DNA of 55,345 nt from a bacterium (GCA_021777675.1 JAJYDG010000002.1:1-55345), one strand, 5' to 3'; counted from the stretch's first letter, positions 38,886 to 47,737 are shown. The notes: generated by a model not told the origin, from the sequence alone. Program-made: numbers and translations.

Positions 38886-38902
38886 ACTTTTAAAATTATT
38901 GA

Positions 38903-39622
38903 TTAATTCTTACTATTGATTTCATAAATCACATCCTTTTTTTCCACCATAATTTTCCATTTTTTTTGCTCAGCAATTTTACGCAAATTCAAATCAGGAT
39001 TAAAAGCGATCGGAAAATCCACCAAATCCAAGAAAGGGGCGTCTGATTGCGTGTCCCCCATTCCAAAAGACCCCACCATGGAAATATCGTTTTCCGCCAC
39101 GAATTGTTTCACCACTGCGCTCTTATCATGCGTTGGTTCAAAAATAGTTTTTCCGGTATAAATTTTATTCTTGTCAATTTCATACACACTACCAAAATAA
39201 GCGTCGAAATTCAACAATTCGGCATATTCTTTAACAATCTCAACCGGCGATCCTGAAATAACCAACATAATATGATCGTTGCGCATTTTCTCCATCAATC
39301 TTTTGGCATAGATATAAATTCTTTTGGCATTAAACCGTGCCACTCTTTTAGCGGCAGCTATTATTTCTTCCTGATTTTTGCCTTGAATATTTTTTTCGTA
39401 CAACTCAACCAATTTAACACGATAAGCATCATATGTCCCCTCATTATCAAGCCAACTTCCATATAACCCAATCAATTCATCTCGCACACTCTTGGGAAAA
39501 ACTTTCATCCAAGATAATTCATTTAAAAGTTCAAAAGCCAAATTCTTGCGAAAGATCGTCCCATCGATGTCAAAAACAGCCAACTTTTTTTTATGTATAT
39601 TTTTTAGGTTTTCTTTTAACAT
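38903..39622 (-). CDS. HAD-superfamily hydrolase, subfamily IB (SerB-like)
   Basis: Motif I VFDIDGTIF, motif II SGSP, motif III/IV GMGDTQSD. Confidence 0.7.
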   Translation of the reverse strand: MLKENLKNIHKKKLAVFDIDGTIFRKNLAFELLNELSWMKVFPKSVRDELIGLYGSWLDNEGTYDAYRVKLVELYEKNIQGKNQEEIIAAAKRVARFNAKRIYIYAKRLMEKMRNDHIMLVISGSPVEIVKEYAELLNFDAYFGSVYEIDKNKIYTGKTIFEPTHDKSAVVKQFVAENDISMVGSFGMGDTQSDAPFLDLVDFPIAFNPDLNLRKIAEQKKWKIMVEKKDVIYEINSKN

Positions 39623-39636
39623 AATTCAAATCATTT

Positions 39637-40305
39637 TTAAAATTTTAAATATTTGTTCCAATGCATATATAATTCCCTGGTTGTTGCCAAATCGCGCGCG
39701 CAATATCGTGCAATTTCCAGATATCTTCCCGTTTGGTATAATTCAGAAACCATTGATCCGTCAACGCCATCATCCTTGGAACTTTTTATGCCAAAAAATT
39801 TAGCGTAAAAATCCAAATTAAATTTTCTCGTTGCTCCATAGAATGTCAGTTGATCAAGCAAATCGCAATGTTTCTGAAATTCATAGCGGTAACCTAACAA
39901 ATTTTTTGTCGGACACACGGAATGTTTGGCACTGCGCAAAAGAAGAAATGGGACATCAAAAGCTCGCCCGTTAAAAGTAATCACAGTATCATATTTTTCT
40001 ATAATTTCCCAAAATTTTCTTAAAATATTTTCTTCCACTCCGCTTTGATATTTTATTCCATTTTCCTTAAATTCCACCTGTTCGCTATTATTATTTTGAA
40101 AAAGCAACATTCCATTTTGCGTATCGGGATTAAGCATACCGATCGCTACGATTTCTCCCGTTAAAGGATACAACCCCAACCTTTTTTTTATTTCTGCTTT
40201 TTCTTCTTCGGTCGTCGCATATTTTAATAAATATTCTTGTGTCTTTTTTTCAAAAGATTCAAAATCAAAACCGATTGTTTCGATATCAATAACGATTTTC
40301 GCCAT
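39637..40305 (-). CDS. RNase H-fold 3'-5' exonuclease related to the PolB exonuclease domain (DEDDy)
   Basis: ExoI IVIDIETIG, ExoII FNGRAFDVPFL, ExoIII YCARD (Yx3D). 222 aa. Confidence 0.65.
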   Translation of the reverse strand: MAKIVIDIETIGFDFESFEKKTQEYLLKYATTEEEKAEIKKRLGLYPLTGEIVAIGMLNPDTQNGMLLFQNNNSEQVEFKENGIKYQSGVEENILRKFWEIIEKYDTVITFNGRAFDVPFLLLRSAKHSVCPTKNLLGYRYEFQKHCDLLDQLTFYGATRKFNLDFYAKFFGIKSSKDDGVDGSMVSELYQTGRYLEIARYCARDLATTRELYMHWNKYLKF

Positions 40306-40331
40306 AACAGTAAAATGAAATTTTATGCTTT

Positions 40332-40340
40332 AATTATAGC
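40332..40340 (-). promoter_or_regulatory. Extended -10 element (TGCTATAAT) upstream of the exonuclease gene
   Basis: The minus strand reads GTGCTATAATTA about 27 nt upstream of ATG 40305. Confidence 0.3.
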
Positions 40341-40744
40341 ACAAAAGCGAAATGCCAAATAGTGAAAAACAAAATATTTAAAAGATGTCTGTTTTTACAG
40401 TTTTAGCTTGATAATACAGCTTTAATCCAATAGCTGTCCTTTCTCTTTCCGGAAGCGTTTAAATATCTTTAGTTGTCGCTCGCATTAGTTTCATATTTTT
40501 AATGACTCGAAAACAAATCGCTGTGTTTGATTATTTTCAATAATTACATAAAAAATATTTATTTTTTAGAAAATCAATCATTTTATTAACTGCATCTTCG
40601 ATAGCTTTGTCTTCTTCTTTGCACTGACTGCTGTCTTTCAAATAAGCTCTTACCAAACAATTATCTGACTTATCATAAATGCTGAATCTATTTTTATAAG
40701 CCAAGCATATCGGCTCTCTTTAGTTTCTTTTTCCATAAAAATTT

Positions 40745-42238
40745 TTAAACTGATTTTAATACCCTCCAAATTTCAACCATAGCCAATGTATCGAGATGGC
40801 AATAATCTTTAAGTGCCTGTATTTTCATATCCTTATCTTCATCAGAATATTCTCCTGATACAATACGATTCCAAGTATCTGACGCGGCACCACCTTCTTG
40901 AATATGCATATTTTTATATGAAAGATGGGGAACAAGAGCCGGCAAAACATATTTTATTGAAGCACTTCCCTTAAACTCCGGATGATCATACATTGTGGTT
41001 TTTCCAAAAAATGGAACCATCAAGTCGATGACTCGATTGTTAACATTCTGCATAAAATCCTTGTATTTTGATAATCGTTCTCCAAGTTGTTTATTGATAC
41101 CTTGCTCAAATTTCCGATTCCAAACAATGACACTGCCTTTTTCGGGAAGATGCCTTTTTAATGCTTGGACAAAAGATTCATCTGGGCAATCTTTGTCTGT
41201 ATAAATAAAATCATAATGAACAGATTCGCTATCCGGAGATTCAATCACATGCAGTGAAAATTGAAACGGAATTTGCTGATATGGACTGTATCTATTGTAT
41301 TTTGGTATTGCGGATGGATATGTTTCATAATCAAGAAAAGCCAGCGGATATTTCATTGCTCCTAAAAATTCTGAAATGCCATCCTTATCAATATATTCTT
41401 TGCCGGATTTGGCTGTTTCCACTTGCCTTTTTTGATTGTCTGAAAGCGGAAAATCATCCGGCACATCATGAATATTAAAAATATGACTATCAACCAACTC
41501 GGCTAATTTTGTCTTATGAATTCTTGCAATTGCATGAACAGAATATTCCGGAAGATCCGAGTTCGAATACCACGCTGTCGTGCAATGCGAGTTTTTTCCT
41601 TTTAAAATACAATCGCAATGCCCTCTCGGTTCAGTTTCGCTGGATAACAATTCATAGGCACCCTCCATCTTTTGCTTTATGTCATCCAGCTTCGCATTCA
41701 CTTGACTAGTCAAATCTTCTATAAAAAATAATTCTTGCAAATTAATATCGCCAAGACGAACATATTTTTTATTCAGCCTGATCAGATTGAAAGTTCCCAT
41801 CTCAATGCCTATGGCATCTAAAACATTCTTTTGAAAAGCCATATCTATCAAATAATCATCGGTTTTTCTTCCCCCATTTTCTTCCGAAGCTGTCGATGAT
41901 TTCACTTCATACAAATCATAGACATCCGTGTCAGAGTTAAAAACAAAAATATCAGAGACTGCGAGATATTTTTCAGTTGCAAAAACAGGCTGATAAATTA
42001 CAGGTGTCTTTTCTGCCATAAGCTTCTTTGTGAGTTCCGTATCATCACGAGATTCCACCAGCACGCCACCCGGAAAAAGACCGCGCGCAAGCTCGTCAAT
42101 TTGATTGCCGGTATCAATAATATTCAGTTCAAAAGAAGAAAGCGCTTTTTTCTTATACACCTCCGGCTTATGAATTTTTAGCCAAGCATTCTTTGCACAA
42201 TCGAGGCATATCAGAAAGTTTGTTTTTGATAATTTCAT
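40745..42238 (-). CDS. DUF2779-like protein: N-terminal Cas4/RecB-like PD-(D/E)xK nuclease with a Cys cluster, plus a C-terminal DEDDy 3'-5' exonuclease
   Basis: N-terminus MKLSKTNFLICLDCAKNAWL is typical of DUF2779. SDIFVF...DLYEVKS gives D...ExK. Cysteines lie at CLDC and HCDCILKGKNSHC. The C-terminal part has FLDYET (ExoI), WNRKFE (ExoII-like) and YCHLD (Yx3D). Confidence 0.65.
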   Translation of the reverse strand: MKLSKTNFLICLDCAKNAWLKIHKPEVYKKKALSSFELNIIDTGNQIDELARGLFPGGVLVESRDDTELTKKLMAEKTPVIYQPVFATEKYLAVSDIFVFNSDTDVYDLYEVKSSTASEENGGRKTDDYLIDMAFQKNVLDAIGIEMGTFNLIRLNKKYVRLGDINLQELFFIEDLTSQVNAKLDDIKQKMEGAYELLSSETEPRGHCDCILKGKNSHCTTAWYSNSDLPEYSVHAIARIHKTKLAELVDSHIFNIHDVPDDFPLSDNQKRQVETAKSGKEYIDKDGISEFLGAMKYPLAFLDYETYPSAIPKYNRYSPYQQIPFQFSLHVIESPDSESVHYDFIYTDKDCPDESFVQALKRHLPEKGSVIVWNRKFEQGINKQLGERLSKYKDFMQNVNNRVIDLMVPFFGKTTMYDHPEFKGSASIKYVLPALVPHLSYKNMHIQEGGAASDTWNRIVSGEYSDEDKDMKIQALKDYCHLDTLAMVEIWRVLKSV

Positions 42239-42275
42239 ATGATTTTATTTAAAAAATCCGTCCCTTGCGTAGCTT

Positions 42276-44456
42276 TTATTTTATCATTTGATTGTAGTGC
42301 GCTTCATATCCAGAATCTTCAAATATTTTTTTAAATGCTTCTTTGAAAATTTGAGGGTTAATTTCTTTCGAATCAGAAATGTTTATTGGATCAGAATGAG
42401 ATTCCTTATTTATATATCTTATGAAAAAATTATTTTTCTCATCTTTTTCTAATTCTTTTGTAAGTTCATTAAAATCATTTTTTTCTATAAAACCAAAAAA
42501 CCTTTCGAGAATATTTCTCATTGCATTTGCTAATATTACCTCGGTTGCCCTACCTTCGTCATAATCTTTTAATATTTGCCAGTATGATTGATATTCATTT
42601 TGAATATCTTTGCGATTCATTTCTGATAATTGAGAAAAATCTGACCTGCAAAGTCTAAAAAGTTTTGCGTTGGTATCCTTCTGCTTATGAAGTAGCTCAT
42701 GAAAAAAATATAGATTGTGAGTTAAAACAAACACTTGCTTATAATCATCATTAAAAAAGTTTTTTCTTATTAGCTGTGCTACATTAAAAACATACATATG
42801 CGACAAGCTAGAAATAGGATCATCGATAACGACTATTTTTTCAGTTACCACCTCGTCATTTTTTTCTTTGCCTTTGCATAACTCCAAAAAATACAAGAAG
42901 CTAATTACTGTTTTTTCTCCTTCGCTCAATGTTTCGAATTTAGCCACATCTTCATTTGGTCTTTTAAGTTTATATGAATCTTTACCAGCTGGCACAATAG
43001 AAAATCCGTCTAAGCCAAAAAATATTAATTCACTATTTATGGCATCAATTGCATCTTGAATATTTACCATTTCTTTTTGTGCATCTTGTATTATTTTTTT
43101 CTGTTCATCGATTTCCGTCTTTAATCCTGAAATTTTAGTTTCAATATCCAATTTTTCTTTTTCAAGCTTGGCATTCTGTGTTGCGTGATTTTCTATCACT
43201 TGGTCGTAATACCACCTCATAATTTCCCAAAACTCTTTAATGATTTGGCTCTTTGTTTTTTGCTTATTCTTTATTTTTTCATTGTGAGTTTTTATTTCTT
43301 CAACAATTGTATCTAAAAAATCATTTAAAGCATTTTGCTCTAAAATAGTTGATTCTAAATCAATGATTATGTTTGGACTTTTAATTTTATTGGAAATCTT
43401 TGACCAATTACCGCTTACCTTATCAATAAAATTTTTAAATACGAGCTTAAATGCTGTTTCTTTGTTTTTTATAAAATCTATTTTTAAAAGTTCCGCCTCT
43501 AAATTTTTTATAACTTGATATTCTTTCCAATATTCTTTATCAAAATTTTCTAATGAATTAATTTTATTTTGATAAGTTTCATCAAAGTAATTTTGAATTT
43601 CTTGGTATAATTCCTTAGTAATAGTTTTTTGCTGGCAAAAAGGGCAAACTTCGTTTTCTCCTTCTGGTTCATTAACAAGTTCTTTTCCTTTTTTTACCCA
43701 ATCTGAAATGTTTAACTTGCCTATAAGTTCCGCGACTTGTGAATTTTCGTTACCAATAATAACTTCTTTGAAAATTTCCTGATTTTCTATTTTCCAAAAA
43801 TCAAAACTAACTTTTTTAACCAGATTTTCATCATAAGTTTTAGCATTTTCTCCTTGAGTTGCTTCTGCTTCTTTTTTCAAATCTTCTATTGATTTTTCTG
43901 ATTTATTCTCTGGTTTTTGTAATTTAGAAACATAATCAAATAAGGATTTTTTACTTCCCATCTTTCCATCTAAGCAAAATTCTAAAATTCTATCACCACC
44001 ATAATAGTCATTTTTAATTTTCCAAGTTTTTTTCTCAGAGTCAGATTGCAAGCTAGCAATATCTGCTTGTTTTTTTTCTAAATCAAATTGAAATCCTGTC
44101 TTTAATTCATCATTTTTAATTCGAGCCTCTATTTGCTTTATTTCTTCAGTGGCTTTATCTATCTTTTCTTTCGCCTCTTTGTTTTCTGACTTCAAACTAA
44201 AAATACCTTTTTGAGTATCTTGATAAAAATTATCATCAATAAATTTTTGATTGTAAACTAATACTTTTTCGCTATTTAATCCTTCAATTGAACAATCAGA
44301 GAAGCACTCATTATTTTTATCTTGAAGATACTTTGAAAGAGTTGTTTTTCCTGCTCCATTCAGTCCATAAATAAGATTGATTTTTTTATCAGTCTCTAGA
44401 ATAGCAGGTACTGCACCATAACTTGCAGTATTTTTTATAGAAATCTTAGTAATCAT
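42276..44456 (-). CDS. RloC/PrrC-family (AAA_13) ABC ATPase with a coiled-coil CxxC hook and a C-terminal anticodon-nuclease-like motif
   Basis: Walker A GLNGAGKTT (aa 31-39), CPFC (aa 271-274) inside a roughly 470-aa K/E-rich insertion, signature LSEGEK (aa ~510), Walker B IVVIDDP (aa ~541), and a C-terminal MRNILERFF...NKESH (R-x3-E...H). Confidence 0.65.
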   Translation of the reverse strand: MITKISIKNTASYGAVPAILETDKKINLIYGLNGAGKTTLSKYLQDKNNECFSDCSIEGLNSEKVLVYNQKFIDDNFYQDTQKGIFSLKSENKEAKEKIDKATEEIKQIEARIKNDELKTGFQFDLEKKQADIASLQSDSEKKTWKIKNDYYGGDRILEFCLDGKMGSKKSLFDYVSKLQKPENKSEKSIEDLKKEAEATQGENAKTYDENLVKKVSFDFWKIENQEIFKEVIIGNENSQVAELIGKLNISDWVKKGKELVNEPEGENEVCPFCQQKTITKELYQEIQNYFDETYQNKINSLENFDKEYWKEYQVIKNLEAELLKIDFIKNKETAFKLVFKNFIDKVSGNWSKISNKIKSPNIIIDLESTILEQNALNDFLDTIVEEIKTHNEKIKNKQKTKSQIIKEFWEIMRWYYDQVIENHATQNAKLEKEKLDIETKISGLKTEIDEQKKIIQDAQKEMVNIQDAIDAINSELIFFGLDGFSIVPAGKDSYKLKRPNEDVAKFETLSEGEKTVISFLYFLELCKGKEKNDEVVTEKIVVIDDPISSLSHMYVFNVAQLIRKNFFNDDYKQVFVLTHNLYFFHELLHKQKDTNAKLFRLCRSDFSQLSEMNRKDIQNEYQSYWQILKDYDEGRATEVILANAMRNILERFFGFIEKNDFNELTKELEKDEKNNFFIRYINKESHSDPINISDSKEINPQIFKEAFKKIFEDSGYEAHYNQMIK

Positions 44457-44494
44457 AGTTTAAAATATCGAATTTACTCGATATTTTTTTAATT

Positions 44495-45589
44495 TTATTT
44501 CCCAGATTTTCTTCTATTACATTCTTTGCATAACATTTGGCAATTTTCTGAAATTGTTTTTCCACCTTCGTGCCAAGGAGTTATATGATCCGCTTCCATT
44601 TCCTCTAGTGCAAAATGCTCTCTACATTTTGAACAAACACCCTTCTGCTCTTCATAGACCTTTTGTTTTATGGCGTCAGAAAACGCACGAATCGAAAGAT
44701 GCTTTTCATCGTGAGTCAAAATGTATGGATAAATCCCGCTCTTCTTTGTTACATCATCATCAAGTATCAATTTTGCTATTTCTTTTTCAATTTTTTCCGT
44801 ATTGCATTGCTCATCTTTGTATTTATTATAGAGAGTGCCCCAATCAACACCTTTCATGAACTTCCTTTTTTGAGTGAAGGTGGTTTCTACCCAAGTAATA
44901 ACATCTTGAAAATATCGCCACAAAGCAGCGGCATTTTGATCATGCTGATGCTTTGACATATATTTTTCAATTTCACCGCCACTCACCCAATTAATAACTG
45001 TTTCTAGATAGTCTTGACGAATAGGAGTGCCATTCAAATAATCACTTCCTATACTGTAAGCAACGCACCCGCTCTTACTAAAATATTTTTTTGCGTCAGT
45101 GACCCAGGTGCCGGAATAAACAGCATTTCTTAATTCTTGGTCTGTCAATTTTTCTCCCGCAATATTTATCGTTTTGAACCAATCTAGTTTTTCCCTATCT
45201 GTCCCACTGCACTGATAGACGGTAAGCTTATAATTTAAAATCTGATCTTTTTGATCATTTGTAAGATTATGAAAAGCTAATTTATTCCCTGAAAAATCAA
45301 CAGAAAAATCCCCATTAAAGTACTGACAAATTGAAATTGTGCGCTGTTGTCCATCAATAATTTCGAAATTTCCATCCTCGCGAACAGCCCAATACATCAC
45401 ATTAAGTGGAAACTCTTTTGTGATAGTATCAATAACAGCATCTCTTTGTTTGTCATTGTAAATGAATTCTCTTTGATATGGTGGACGAATATCAAGTTTG
45501 CCACCATACCCCACAACACCAGCTTCAGCATTGTCTTCAAAATTCTCTACCAATTCACGAACTGAAATTTCTTTTAGTTGTATTTCCAT
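44495..45589 (-). CDS. DUF262 (ParB/GmrSD-N-like) - HNH endonuclease fusion
   Basis: PYQREF and IIDGQQRT (DGQQR) motifs in the N-terminal part. The C-terminal part is CSKC...ADHITPWHEGGKT...NCQMLCKECNRRK, an HNH domain with a zinc ribbon. Confidence 0.75.
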   Translation of the reverse strand: MEIQLKEISVRELVENFEDNAEAGVVGYGGKLDIRPPYQREFIYNDKQRDAVIDTITKEFPLNVMYWAVREDGNFEIIDGQQRTISICQYFNGDFSVDFSGNKLAFHNLTNDQKDQILNYKLTVYQCSGTDREKLDWFKTINIAGEKLTDQELRNAVYSGTWVTDAKKYFSKSGCVAYSIGSDYLNGTPIRQDYLETVINWVSGGEIEKYMSKHQHDQNAAALWRYFQDVITWVETTFTQKRKFMKGVDWGTLYNKYKDEQCNTEKIEKEIAKLILDDDVTKKSGIYPYILTHDEKHLSIRAFSDAIKQKVYEEQKGVCSKCREHFALEEMEADHITPWHEGGKTISENCQMLCKECNRRKSGK

Positions 45590-45593
45590 AATA

Positions 45594-46676
45594 TTATTTT
45601 ATTACTTTCTTATTTTTAATTAAAACTCTAAAATACTTTGATTTTCCATTTATTTCAGTCATATGGAGATGTTTTGTCACAGCATTTTCATTCAGGCCAG
45701 CAACATCCAATATTGTATATCTATTTAGTCCATCAATAATCTCAAATTGTTCAGGGTTGTATTTATGCAAGAAGGTTATTGGAACACCTATGATACCGCT
45801 ATAATCTATCGGGATGTCCTTTGTTTTGTCTACATTTATCGCATCGAAATTATCATACTTAAAATATTCACTTTCATTATCAGAATACTTTTTATACAAA
45901 ATCAATTCTTCATGTCTTTTGTTATGGTCTAAGTTCGTAAACCACACTACACCTGCTACAAAAGCATATTTTTTACCGTTCTCAATTTTATGATATGTTT
46001 TATAATAGTCTGGGATTTGAAACCAACGATTTGAACCATTCATGCTAACACCAAGCCACAACTCGTTTTCTTTAACTAATTTGAAAATTTCTTTATATGT
46101 TATTGCATTTTGATTACCAATGACTAAAAATTTTTTGTCATATTCCATCAATTGTGCAACATATTCACGAAATAAAGAAAATGGTGGATTGGTAACAATA
46201 ATATCCGCCTCTTTTAAAATCTCTTTGGATTCTTCGCTTCTGAAATCACCACCACCCTTGAGTGGAGTGGCAACATTTTTATCATGTCTTAAAATCCATT
46301 CAACATCGACCATATTAACAGCACCATCAGAATTGAGATCCCTTACTTCATTAATTTCAATTTTATGTGGCTCTTTTCTTCTTGCTTTTTTTAATCCTTC
46401 TACCTCAAACAATGGAAGTTGTCCCCCGACAACAGGCGAGCCGGCATAACTTGTAGCAATAAGCTTTTTAAGGCCGAGTGCGTTGAAATTAGAAGCAAAA
46501 TATTTAAAAAAATTACTTTCAAAGGGATCATCCGCATTGCAATAAACGACCTTGTCTTTAAATTGATCCTTGTAGTATTTTAACTCTTTTTCTATATCAG
46601 AAAGCTGAGTATAAAACTCATCATTTTTCGCCTTGTTTGCATTGCGCAAATTTTTATTTGATGCTTTCTTTTCCAT
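45594..46676 (-). CDS. N6-adenine DNA methyltransferase, EcoRI-methylase-like
   Basis: N-terminal NDEFYTQLSDIEKELKYY...KVVYCNADDP...FFKYF resembles the M.EcoRI family. Catalytic motif IV is IVTNPPFS (NPPF, nt 46179..46190). Confidence 0.7.
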   Translation of the reverse strand: MEKKASNKNLRNANKAKNDEFYTQLSDIEKELKYYKDQFKDKVVYCNADDPFESNFFKYFASNFNALGLKKLIATSYAGSPVVGGQLPLFEVEGLKKARRKEPHKIEINEVRDLNSDGAVNMVDVEWILRHDKNVATPLKGGGDFRSEESKEILKEADIIVTNPPFSLFREYVAQLMEYDKKFLVIGNQNAITYKEIFKLVKENELWLGVSMNGSNRWFQIPDYYKTYHKIENGKKYAFVAGVVWFTNLDHNKRHEELILYKKYSDNESEYFKYDNFDAINVDKTKDIPIDYSGIIGVPITFLHKYNPEQFEIIDGLNRYTILDVAGLNENAVTKHLHMTEINGKSKYFRVLIKNKKVIK

Positions 46677-46679
46677 AAA

Positions 46680-47594
46680 CTATTTGTTCAAATCATAACT
46701 CTGCTTGATTAAAAGAAAAACTGATTCAAGGTCTTTTTCATCTTTTAATTTCACCTCATAATCTCCATTACCCCAGTGACCCTTCTTGGGTTTCGTAAAA
46801 TCTGTCGCTATATCCAATATATCAATTAATTTCCCACTTTTTACATTGAGCGTAATTCTGATTTCATCTTTATAAATAATCAGGTCGGCAAAGTTAGTTG
46901 TTGTTTTGTAAGCTATGTAAAATTTCTTTGGCTCCTCTCTTATTTCCTCATCGAGAGAAATAATTTCTTCGCGCAATTTATAAAAAAGAGCTTTTGTTTT
47001 TTGATTAGCTTTTTTTAGGTGATAATCTATAGAATAATTTTTTTGCAAAATTTCTGTTTTTTCTTTGTTATTATTTTTTGATTTCCTGATAATTCCAGAA
47101 GTGGAAATTTTTATTTTCTGATAGTTTTCCGGTTCAAGATAAAGGATATCGTTTTCATAAATCCTATATCTCAAAAGTTCAATGTTGATTGGCAAAATAT
47201 CTGCCGTGTCTATATCAAACTTGTTATAACTTTCCGCAACACAAATGACTCGAGGAGAATCCCAGTCGATATCAACTTCGATATTTTTTTCTTTACATAA
47301 AATTTCAAAATCTGCTTTGTGATCCAAGAGCCAGCGCAAATATGAAAGACCTTGATTGATGACGCTATCGTTTTGGCTTTTCTTATACTCAATAATGCAG
47401 GGCGAGCCATTCTTGTCTATGCCCAAAGTATCAATTCTACCCACGAAACTAATCGAATATTCATGAGCCAAAAAATCAATATTCAAAATTTCTTCCAGAT
47501 TATTTTCAAATAATTTCTGCAAGTCTTTTTCCAGGCCTAGAGCTTTCGTCACTAATTTTGATACCTTTGGATTTTGAATCTTGAATAATGCCAT
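46680..47594 (-). CDS. NucS/DUF91-like PD-(D/E)xK nuclease domain fused to a DUF5655-like C-terminal domain
   Basis: GRIDTLGIDKNGSPCIIEYKKS...INQGLSYLRWL gives D-x13-E-x-K plus a Q...Y pattern. The C-terminal half (KFYIAYKTTTNFADL...HWGNGDYEVKL) resembles DUF5655. Confidence 0.6.
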   Translation of the reverse strand: MALFKIQNPKVSKLVTKALGLEKDLQKLFENNLEEILNIDFLAHEYSISFVGRIDTLGIDKNGSPCIIEYKKSQNDSVINQGLSYLRWLLDHKADFEILCKEKNIEVDIDWDSPRVICVAESYNKFDIDTADILPINIELLRYRIYENDILYLEPENYQKIKISTSGIIRKSKNNNKEKTEILQKNYSIDYHLKKANQKTKALFYKLREEIISLDEEIREEPKKFYIAYKTTTNFADLIIYKDEIRITLNVKSGKLIDILDIATDFTKPKKGHWGNGDYEVKLKDEKDLESVFLLIKQSYDLNK

Positions 47595-47737
47595 ATATTT
47601 ATTTTAAAAAAGGAGGGTTTTTGCTGTTTTTATGATACCACTAAGCCAGTAATTACTCAACACTTTTCCAAAATAAGCATCACAAGGGCAATTTCTGAAC
47701 AAATCCAGCCCTGCGACTTGACATCCCATAACACAAA

